A DNA stretch of 18,742 bases from Methanobacterium sp. (GTDB taxonomy: Archaea > Methanobacteriota > Methanobacteria > Methanobacteriales > Methanobacteriaceae), in NCBI GenBank assembly GCA_003166335.1, contig PMWA01000075.1, positions 1 to 18,742 of the forward strand, written 5' to 3'. Position numbers and translations under genes: made by a program. How positions within the stretch are numbered: the first letter of the stretch is position 1; each line of letters starts with the position of its first letter. Under the pieces are notes generated by a model, which did not search any database, was not told the DNA's origin, and worked only from the letters and a program-made list of their open reading frames with translations. Shown piece by piece: positions 1-8,700 of this stretch.

Positions 1-181
1 AAGGAAATATGTTAGAAAGTTATCCTTAACAAAAATAATCTCTTATTGAATTCATTATTAGACAAATCACTAAATATAGGAACAAAGCTAAATTTTGAAT
101 TCTTTCAGAGACTAAATAATATTTATATTCTTCCAATTTTTTTTTACTTTAATAAGTTCCTAGAATTTTAGTTCCGTAAAG

Positions 182-267
182 TAAAAATATGAATTATATG
201 ATACAATTGCTAAAAATATGAATAATATGAAACAAATTTTTAATATGTATCGTATGATAAGTACGAA
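182..267 (+). promoter_or_regulatory. Direct-repeat array of TATGAW-like motifs upstream of the AbrB-type gene; probable operator
   Basis: 25-bp direct repeat at 182-206 (taaaaatatgaattatatgatacaa) and 211-235 (taaaaatatgaataatatgaaacaa), 2 mismatches. TATGAW-like hexamers at 188, 197, 217, 226, 244, 253 and 262, mostly 9 bp apart. The operator role is inferred. Confidence 0.55.
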
Positions 268-293
268 CAAATGTGATGACGGAGAAGATATAC

Positions 294-494
294 ATGGGAA
301 ATTACAAAGATAATCTATTTTTTGGCACCGTTAAAGTTGGCGAACGAGGACAGATTGTTATCCCCAAAGAAGCTAGAGAAAAATTTGATATACATAAACA
401 GGAAGTACTCAAAACCAGCTCTGAAGAAGATTTAGAATTATCGCAAGTGGAAATAGAAAAAACTTATTTAAATAAAAAAAATAATTTTGATTAA
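294..494 (+). CDS. AbrB/MazE/SpoVT-family DNA-binding domain protein, apparently truncated or internally deleted (66 aa from ATG 294)
   Basis: FFGTVKVGERGQIVIPKEAREKFDI is the N-terminal signature of the swapped-hairpin AbrB/SpoVT family. The expected I(K)PGD-hydrophobic strand continuation is missing. GGAGA at 281-285 favours ATG 294 over the track's GTG 273. Confidence 0.7.
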   Translation: MGNYKDNLFFGTVKVGERGQIVIPKEAREKFDIHKQEVLKTSSEEDLELSQVEIEKTYLNKKNNFD

Positions 495-569
495 AATTGC
501 TTAAAGATGGATGGATTTTATTATCCCATAGTTATATAATGGGGTTTATAAATGAACAGATTATAATTA

Positions 570-1475
570 CTATAAAGTTTGAATTAAACCTTTAACTTTA
601 GCATCCAAATTATCAGCATGATGCAAAGCAACCGCTTCAGGAGTTTTAGGATCCACCGGTGAACCCCAACCATTCTTAACTTCACCATGATGACTTAATA
701 TAAGATGTAACAATTGAGTTGAGAGATCATTAGGCATTTCAATTTCCTTCATTTTCTCTTTAACCATATCACAGGATATGAAGATATGATCAAGTAACTT
801 TCCTTCTTCAGAAAATTCTATCTTCACTAAATCATAATCATAGGCTTTTAATTTACCTACATCATGTAATATTGCCCCCGTGTATAAAAGATCATTATCA
901 AGCTCGGGAAATATTTCACAGGCTGTTTTACAAAGCTTTAAAACTTCCACACTATGCTCCAGCAAGCCACCCATGTAATTATGATGATAAAACTTCGCAG
1001 ATGGAGAATTAAAAAACTCATCAGTGAACATTTTATCACTGAAAAATGCTTTCAAAAGATTCTTAAGATACACATTTCCCATACCCGCTATAGTACCATC
1101 GATTTCAGCGATCAGGTTAGCTTTATCTCTATCTGAAGTAATAACAAAATCATCTATCTCATATTCATCTTCAGATAATTCTTTAAAGTTATCTATTATG
1201 ATATTATATCTTCCAGAACCAGATGGATACTCATTTACTTTCCCTAATACTCTACAAATATTTCCAATACATATAGCCTCGTATTTACCCTCTACATCTT
1301 CTTTTGGAAACATTCGCCCAACAATTCGTCCAGTTTTATCAGTTAAGGTCACATCTATATAAGTACGCCCAGTCTTAGCCTTTTTAAACATCTTATCCGC
1401 GATCACGAACTGAGATCTAATTTGTCTTCTGGAATTTAAATTTTCAATAAAGTCTTCATCAGATTTTTTAAACAT
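570..1475 (-). CDS. yhaM: YhaM/Cbf1-family 3'-5' exonuclease (OB fold + HD domain)
   Basis: N-terminal OB fold ([23 protein letters not shown]). Family motifs [27 protein letters not shown] (HD), LLDHI and [42 protein letters not shown] lies in the 18-nt gap after the upstream gene. Confidence 0.92.
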   Translation of the reverse strand: MFKKSDEDFIENLNSRRQIRSQFVIADKMFKKAKTGRTYIDVTLTDKTGRIVGRMFPKEDVEGKYEAICIGNICRVLGKVNEYPSGSGRYNIIIDNFKELSEDEYEIDDFVITSDRDKANLIAEIDGTIAGMGNVYLKNLLKAFFSDKMFTDEFFNSPSAKFYHHNYMGGLLEHSVEVLKLCKTACEIFPELDNDLLYTGAILHDVGKLKAYDYDLVKIEFSEEGKLLDHIFISCDMVKEKMKEIEMPNDLSTQLLHLILSHHGEVKNGWGSPVDPKTPEAVALHHADNLDAKVKGLIQTL

Positions 1476-1493
1476 AAAAAAAAATTCTCCTCA

Positions 1494-2999
1494 TCATTTT
1501 TTAATACTTAATTCCGGGTAAACAACATTAATCCCATCATCAGTTAGATTATTAAATTCTTCTGGTTTTTCTGTATGTATTGGATACACTTTTTCTGGTG
1601 ATATCTCTCTAATCATATTTAATAATTCAACTCCATTAGCATGACCAGAACCATGCATCCCCTCAGTTATTAATGGTAAATTAAAGTGATCTATCCAATT
1701 TTTAACTTTTTGGAAGTCAAATTCCATTTCTTCATTAAATGGTTCAGTTTTAGAGTATAAGTAAATTCCATTTTCAGGTTTTATATCTATAAGTTCCTTT
1801 AATTCGAAGAAGTCACAACCAAATAGGTAATCTCCAGGATTTTCATGTAAATCCCTATAAGTAATAGTGTTATCCCAATTAAGAAATTTTCTTTCCCAAT
1901 TCTTATAATCCTGCTCCGTATGATAAGAATGAAGATGTGAAGAAGGCAGCCAATTACCCTCCAAACATGCCAAACACTCATCACCCATCATACCCCAGTC
2001 CTTACGTGGTACATAAACTGCCATTTCATCCACCCGGGGATAACCATTTCCATTGAAAAGATTTAACATGTAAGCTAGTTTTAAACTGACGGCAATGATT
2101 CTATCAGTATTTTTAGCTACATTATAAAATGTTAAAAACCGATCTAAATCTCTCACCGGAAAACTTACAATAGCCAATCCCCGGTTATTTGAAACCAAAT
2201 TGGATGCAGTCTTCTCAATAGACTCCTCATTAACATTGCTATCTTTATCTATCCGAGTTCCTTCTGATATAACTGTAGTAGGCTTAAATTTTTTAGCTTC
2301 TTTCACAAATTTTTCGGTAAAATCCCGCCTACGACCATGAAACCGTAAATCTCCCGTATAGACTATAGCCTCATCACCTGTATCAACTAAAAACGCGGTA
2401 GCCCCGGGAAGTGAATGATCAACTGGAATACTTTTAACTTTAACATCACCCACAGAAAAATCCTTGTAAGGTTCTATAATCCGGATATCTCTCTCAACCA
2501 TGCATTCAACACCTTTAGACCTTCTATTATCCGGACCTTTCTTAACATTCTTTTTAGGAGTTAAATGAAAAGATTTTTTTAAATTAATCATTTCGCCAAA
2601 GGAAGTGCTGCCAGTATCCTCCAAAGTCTTAAGTATCAAATAAGATTCAGGTGTGATAAATATAGGTATATCTTCCCTTAAATGATGAATATAAGCGGAA
2701 TGATCCATGTGAGCATGGCTAATTAAAACACCATCAACTGAAGGTTCACTTTCACACGTAAGGTTGCAGTGTCTTAAATAATCTTCCCGGTAAATCCCTT
2801 TTAGGTCTGGTAAGAGGCCGAATTCCGTAAAGTCCAGTATACCATTAGCTTTTCGGGGCTGTAAAAACTCGGAGAAGTATTTATTAGCAGTAGAAAAACT
2901 CATACCAAAATCTAAAAATAATGAACTATTATTATCATTCACTAATACCTTATTCCCGCCAATTTCATCTACTCCACCATAAAAATTAATATTAGTCAT
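1494..2999 (-). CDS. Metallo-beta-lactamase/beta-CASP nuclease, RNase J-like (501 aa)
   Basis: GGVDEIGGN start motif, LDFG (motif 1), SHAHMDH (HxHxDH), VDHS, YTGD, and beta-CASP motifs EGT, HGSGHA and PIHTE. Start moved from the track's 3032 to ATG 2999, which follows GGGAGG. Confidence 0.88.
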   Translation of the reverse strand: MTNINFYGGVDEIGGNKVLVNDNNSSLFLDFGMSFSTANKYFSEFLQPRKANGILDFTEFGLLPDLKGIYREDYLRHCNLTCESEPSVDGVLISHAHMDHSAYIHHLREDIPIFITPESYLILKTLEDTGSTSFGEMINLKKSFHLTPKKNVKKGPDNRRSKGVECMVERDIRIIEPYKDFSVGDVKVKSIPVDHSLPGATAFLVDTGDEAIVYTGDLRFHGRRRDFTEKFVKEAKKFKPTTVISEGTRIDKDSNVNEESIEKTASNLVSNNRGLAIVSFPVRDLDRFLTFYNVAKNTDRIIAVSLKLAYMLNLFNGNGYPRVDEMAVYVPRKDWGMMGDECLACLEGNWLPSSHLHSYHTEQDYKNWERKFLNWDNTITYRDLHENPGDYLFGCDFFELKELIDIKPENGIYLYSKTEPFNEEMEFDFQKVKNWIDHFNLPLITEGMHGSGHANGVELLNMIREISPEKVYPIHTEKPEEFNNLTDDGINVVYPELSIKK

Positions 3000-3233
3000 T
3001 TTAAATCCTCCCTGAAAATTTATATGATCCATAGTATAATATTTAGACTTTTATTTCCCATTAAAGAACTTTATTTAATTTTACTAAAAATTTTTACTTT
3101 CTTATTTTAAAGCTTTCTTAATTATTAATAATAAATTTATATTCTTTAAAAAAAAATATATAATAATTAAACGGAAATAATAAAACTAATATATAAATCC
3201 TCTAAATGGGGATTCTAGGAAGGATAAGAAAAA

Positions 3234-3539
3234 ATGACCGACAAAGATAAACTATCTCAGATAGAAGAAAGAGCCGATATTATAATTAAAGATCATAATA
3301 ATGTTTATCTTGAAAAAAAATTGTATACTACCTTAAAAAGGGAATTCCCTACTTTAACAAGGAAAGATTTTCAAGAGGTTTTAAGTCGATTATCGCAGGG
3401 TGATTATGTCTTTGAACATGGACTTATAAGACGTTTACCAGCTAAAGAATCTGAAAAATTACTTAAACAGAATGTAGATAAAAAACCTGGAAAAGGTGAT
3501 TCCGAGATTCAAAGATTACCAGATAAAAGAGGAATATAA
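3234..3539 (+). CDS. Hypothetical protein (101 aa), possibly a small winged-helix domain with a basic tail
   Basis: Clean ORF with a purine-rich AGGAAGGA upstream and protein-like composition. The fold guess rests only on an amphipathic helix pattern followed by a YVFEHGLIR hairpin. Confidence 0.7.
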   Translation: MTDKDKLSQIEERADIIIKDHNNVYLEKKLYTTLKREFPTLTRKDFQEVLSRLSQGDYVFEHGLIRRLPAKESEKLLKQNVDKKPGKGDSEIQRLPDKRGI

Positions 3540-3963
3540 AAAAAATTAAATTAATTAAATTGAACTTAACTAATTAAACATAATTTTATCTCTTCTGGAG
3601 CATCATAAATCATTAAGCCTCTAAAATAAATCCCAAATAATAAACTAAAACTTCTATTTTTTTTAGGATTCCTAATCAAACATTCACGAATCTTAATCAT
3701 TTTAATTTTCATTGAAAACTTGTCTATTTTACTACTTTCTCATATAAAGTCGATGACTAGAAGATTATACATCTATGAATTCTATTTTTTTTTACTTTAT
3801 CAAGTTTTGAACTTTAATTCCCATATTTAAGTATGGGGAGTATTTATTTTTAGTTTAGTAGTACATGAATACAAGTTCCTAAAAAAGGTATTCATTTACA
3901 CTTGAATGTGTACGTCTCAATAGCATACAAACCATCATTTACAAATAACTAAAAAATTTTTTT

Positions 3964-4005
3964 AAAAAAAAGGTTGGGGGATTTAGTATTTGAAAATTTA
4001 TCCCC
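3964..4005 (-). terminator. Probable terminator of the pseudomurein-binding protein gene
   Basis: GGGGAT/ATCCCC inverted repeat (3977-3982, 4000-4005) followed on the minus strand by T8 (3964-3971), about 15 nt after the stop at 4020. Confidence 0.5.
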
Positions 4006-4019
4006 TAAATTATTTTTTT

Positions 4020-5192
4020 TTAGCTGGCTGCTACTTTGTATATAGCTTCTGCACATTGAATCATAGTATCAGTGGTCAAACCATAGTAATATTGGATTTC
4101 ATTGTCTAATAAGAATTGAGCAGGGTCTGCTATTCCTGTGAATGATACTGGATCATAATTATCATCGCTTGCACGTGGTAACCATGCTAAACTCGTAATA
4201 TTAGTTGCTCCGGACGTATAAATAATGAAGTCCGACCTTGTTCCCAGCAGATCTTTATACCATGTGTCTCCTTTCTCAGCGATTACTCCTGCGTCTGCTC
4301 CACCGTATATTTCAACAATAACGGCATTACTAGGCACGTTAGGATTACTCAAAACGCTGTCATGTGTATCGGGACCAATTCCCATGTCATAGGCTGTAAT
4401 TCCTAAATTTGCTAAAGTACTGATTAAATCATCAATCCTAGCAGTATCCGCTTGGAGACTATTTATATTATCAGATACAATATAAACCGGTCTTAAAACA
4501 ATGTTGCCTTCTGATGATGCATTTTTTTGAATAATAATTGTCCAAGGTTGTACTGATACATAGTTTGGTAATTTTTGGTTAGTCATTTGGAAGTTCAGTA
4601 TTTTGCTGAAAGTGTAGATTAAGTTGTCGAAATTCATGGAATTTAACGATGTCGTAACACAGTTGGGTGCTCTCCCATTGGCATTTATGAATGTTAACAC
4701 ACTATTGGCAATGTTTAAGTATTCAGATTTTTGGATATTACCACTTTTAACGGTATCTGTTGAGTTAATAGTTGGATTATTTACAGTTTTTAGGATTACT
4801 GATGTGTTTAATGTTTTGTTAATGTTTAAAAGGTTTGCTGTGATTAATTGTAGGAATTCTGGCATAGTTACCTCAGAATTAGAGATTGTAACATAATTAG
4901 GTAATCTCTGATCAATTTGCACGAAATTCACGATACGGGCTGAAGCATTATTGATCTCTGCATTGGTGAATTTTATCTGTGTATTTGTGGTTACTGTGCT
5001 TGTACTTTCAGGAGATCCGGCTGCTATGTTTTTTGTCGTATTAGTGATAACACTCGTGTTTTGACTAGAATTCCCATTAGCTACATTTGTTGCAGCAAAG
5101 GCTGTGCCTGTGCTAAAAAACAATGCTATGGCAATTAAAAATAAAAATGCCATAATTGATTTTCTCTTAATTTTTAACGCCCCCATAGTCAT
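4020..5192 (-). CDS. Secreted pseudomurein-binding repeat (PMBR) protein with an uncharacterised C-terminal domain
   Basis: Signal peptide (KIKRKS + hydrophobic core + AFA-A), a Thr/Ser/Asn-rich linker, and PMBR-like units (ASARIVNFVQIDQRLPNYV; VTMPEFLQL; KSEYLNIANSVLTFINANGRAPN; NLIYTFSKILNFQMTNQKLPNYV). These are followed by a ~155-aa acidic domain starting at RPVYIVSDNI. Confidence 0.88.
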   Translation of the reverse strand: MTMGALKIKRKSIMAFLFLIAIALFFSTGTAFAATNVANGNSSQNTSVITNTTKNIAAGSPESTSTVTTNTQIKFTNAEINNASARIVNFVQIDQRLPNYVTISNSEVTMPEFLQLITANLLNINKTLNTSVILKTVNNPTINSTDTVKSGNIQKSEYLNIANSVLTFINANGRAPNCVTTSLNSMNFDNLIYTFSKILNFQMTNQKLPNYVSVQPWTIIIQKNASSEGNIVLRPVYIVSDNINSLQADTARIDDLISTLANLGITAYDMGIGPDTHDSVLSNPNVPSNAVIVEIYGGADAGVIAEKGDTWYKDLLGTRSDFIIYTSGATNITSLAWLPRASDDNYDPVSFTGIADPAQFLLDNEIQYYYGLTTDTMIQCAEAIYKVAAS

Positions 5193-5689
5193 AAAAAAAA
5201 TTCAAAAAAAGTTTATTTTTTTTAAGACAAGATTATTATTTCTTAATAATCAATATAAAGTTTGCGATTTTTGATTGGAAAAAGGGAAGTTAAATAGCTC
5301 TTTTCAGGATTTAAAGCTTTCTTAAACGAGATTGATATAACCTAAATCCAAATATAATTCACCGATTCCTATTTTAGCTAATCAAAACTTTTATACGGTA
5401 TTTTAACTAATGATTTGTTAATTATATACTATTTTACTCGGATTTTAACTTAAAGTTACAATACTAAGCTTTTATAGACATTTTTTGTAATAATAATTTG
5501 TTAGTGAAAATGAAATGTTTATTAAATATTACTCGAAGATTGAAACATAATGTATTATTCAGTTTTAAAAATTATTTTCATAATTTTTAATTGATTTTTT
5601 AGCAGTTATTATATTACTATTGTATACAGCTATGTCAGATCATGGTACACTTTAAATTCTCAATCATCAGTTGCTGAATAGAAAAATTT

Positions 5690-5722
5690 AAGCTTATATT
5701 AATCTACAATTAATTAATTGTA
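5690..5722 (+). promoter_or_regulatory. TATA-like box followed by a perfect 18-bp palindrome upstream of the helicase-nuclease gene
   Basis: TTATAT at 5694-5699, then TACAATTAATTAATTGTA (5705-5722), which is its own reverse complement. Confidence 0.45.
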
Positions 5723-5758
5723 AACCTTAAACATTTTCTTTGATAATTTAAGTGGGAG

Positions 5759-8700
5759 ATGATTATTATAATTAGTCACAAGGTCGAACTAGAAAAACAA
5801 TTAGATCATTTAAGAGAAAATTTGCTGGATTTAACAATGAGAAATCCACTCCTGAACTTTAGACCAGGAGCCAAGTCCATTCAAGTAATAAACGATATAG
5901 CACCAGAAATTTATGATCTACTTATATTACAAGAAAAAAAATTACAATTCCTCCCAACAAAACAAGAAGATGAACCTGATAAGGAGTTATCATCTGAAGA
6001 AGATGATCCCAATTTAACAGAAGAAGAAGCGGGAATATTATGGGAATTATCTACTCCCGAAGATAATGCAGCTAAAGGTCATCAGGATCTCTTTCTACAC
6101 ACTAAATTTAATTCTATGGAACTTCAAAAGCGTCTTAGATACATAAATCAGCAGGCTAAGAGTGTTTTTGAAGAACAAGGTTATAATATTCTTTATTTAG
6201 CTTTAGGATTTCTTGAATGGAGAGAATATCAAGATTCTCAGAAAATACGTAAAGCACCATTAATCCTAATTCCTGTTAAATTAACTAGAAAAAAAGTTGG
6301 AGATTCCTTTAAATTAAATTGGACCGGTGAAGATATCCTAACCAACATTTCTCTACAAAGTAAATTAGAGGAACAAGGGGTTTACTTACCAGATTTCGAA
6401 ATGCTTGAAGAAAAAGAAGTAGTCAATGAATATTTACAAGCAGTTAAAAAATCAGTTTCTAAAATAAAGAATTTTAATGTTTTAAATGAAACATATCTCT
6501 CATTTTTCAGTTTCACTAAATTTGTAATGTTTCAAGATTTAAACCCAAAAAGTTGGCCTGAAAGTTATACATTTAATAAAAATCCAATTATAAAAGATTT
6601 ATTTGATAAAGGTGATGAATCATATGATAAGGGCTTCTCTGAAGAAGATGTAGATAGAAAACTAAAATCTAAGGATGTATATAATGTTTTAGACGCTGAT
6701 TCAAGTCAAATCGCTGTTATAGAAGATGGTAAATCCGGTCGAAATTTGGTGGTAGAAGGTCCACCCGGAACCGGTAAGTCACAAACCATCGTTAATTTAA
6801 TCGCGGAGATTATGGCATCAGGAAAAACGGTTTTATTTGTCAGTGAAAAAATGGCTGCACTGGAAGTAGTAAAAAATCGTTTAGATCATATTGGATTAGG
6901 AGAATTTTGCCTGGAATTACACAGTCATAAATCAAACAAACTCGAAGTACTAAATCAATTACAAAAAACATTATATGAACCAGTGAAACCTCCAGTATCA
7001 CTGAAACATAAATTTGATAAACTTGACACTATTAAATCTGAACTTAATAAGTATGCTGAAATAATCCATGAAAATGTAGGAGAACTAGAGTTTTCACCAT
7101 TCGAACTTTTCGGAATCAAAGAAGAAGCTTTAATACATTTCCAAAAAAAAGAAATGGAGATGCCTTACGTTGAAATGGGAGATCTACGATCCTACACTGA
7201 TGAAGAATGGAGGGAATCAATCACTAAACTGAGTGACATTACTGAACTCTTAAAAACGCTAAAACCAATATCCCAACATCCCTGGAGATTATCTAGACCT
7301 GATATTATACTACCCGCTGACGAGAACAAAATAAACAACCTCCTATATCAATCAATAAACATTTTAAACAACATTAGTAATGAAATAACAACATTAATCA
7401 ATATTTCAGGTGTTAAAACTCCTAAGAATATGGGAGAATTAGATGAATCACTTGAAATCTCACAGATGATCGCGAATTCTGTTTTAATAGATGAAGAAAT
7501 CATCAATAATCTTCAGTGGGATGACCCTAAATCCACTGCAAACCGGTTAATAAAAGAATTAAGAGAATTTCAATTAATAATAAAGGATTATAATCCATCC
7601 ACGTTAGATAAAAACCTTAAATCTATTTCAATTAAATTTAAAAAACTCTCAAATAAAAGATTAAAATTTCTAAGTGGAGATTACAAGAAAACTAAATTAG
7701 AAATAGAATCATTTTATTTTAAAGAAACACCCCACAGCGATGAAGATATCCTTACAGACTTAAATCAATTAATTAAATGTAAAAAAATTAGAGATAACAT
7801 AAGAGCATCAAAAAAAGAGGCTTTAAGTTGTTTTGGTTCACAATGGAAAGGAGAAGAATCAGATCCAGAAAATCTTCATGAATTCACAAGAAGAATCATA
7901 AAGTTTAGAAAATTATTATCCGAAGCTAAAATCACCCAAAAATCAATTGAAATTTTGAATTCAGGGCAGAATAAAGTTCAAATTCAACAAAACATAGACA
8001 ATATTGATAAGTATTATCAAAATCTAATTAATAAGATTGACGGATTTATAAAATATTTGAAAATGGACTTTACTTCTATTTTTCATGTTAATTTTACATC
8101 CATACCTTTTGAAAACCTAAAATCTCAGATAGAATCACTACAAACAGAATTACCTAAATTATTAATATGGTCCCAATACTCCGCTCGAAAAAGGGAACTG
8201 CCTCAAATAACCAAACCCTTAATAAGATTATTTGAAAATGATAAAATAGATTCAGATGACATAATACCCTGCTTCAAAGGTAACTTCGCAGACAACCTGC
8301 TGAAATCAATTTTCATGGAAAACACTGTTCTATCAAGTTTCGTAGGAGATCTTCATGAGAATAAAATAGATAAATTCATTAAATTAGACCAAGAATTACT
8401 AATACTCAACCGAAAGAGAATTACACAAGAAATCTCACAAAAAAAACCTATAATCGGTGGAAACACCACTAAAAGATCAGAATTAGGAATACTTCTAAGC
8501 GAATTCAACCGTAAAAGAAGACATATGCCCATAAGAAAACTTTTATCCGCCGCAGGTGGGTTGATTCAACAAATCAAACCATGTTTCATGATGAGTCCCC
8601 TATCTGTCGCTCAATTCATAGAACCAGAAAATGTGGATAACCTACTATTTGATGTAATTATCTTCGATGAAGCCAGTCAAGTTAAACCAGAAGATGCCCT

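Noticed and set aside
182..235. 25-bp direct repeat as a mini-CRISPR
   Set aside because: Only two copies separated by 4 nt, no spacers and no cas genes; better read as an operator.
954..1362. Plus-strand ORFs 954..1136 and 1024..1362
   Set aside because: Antisense shadows of yhaM with no recognisable motifs.
294..1475. AbrB/MazE gene plus nuclease as a toxin-antitoxin pair
   Set aside because: The genes are convergent, YhaM is not a known type II toxin, and the AbrB domain looks incomplete.
1799..1984. 61-aa minus-strand ORF
   Set aside because: Out-of-frame overlap inside the intact beta-CASP gene; no frameshift is needed to explain the gene.
3566..3712. 48-codon minus-strand ORF (MKIKMIKIRECL...)
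   Set aside because: No RBS and no recognisable motif; compatible with chance.
4624..4896. 90-aa plus-strand ORF
   Set aside because: Antisense to the PMBR gene.
6960..8500. Possible intein in the helicase insertion
   Set aside because: No N-terminal C/S block, LAGLIDADG motif or HN-C/S/T junction seen.
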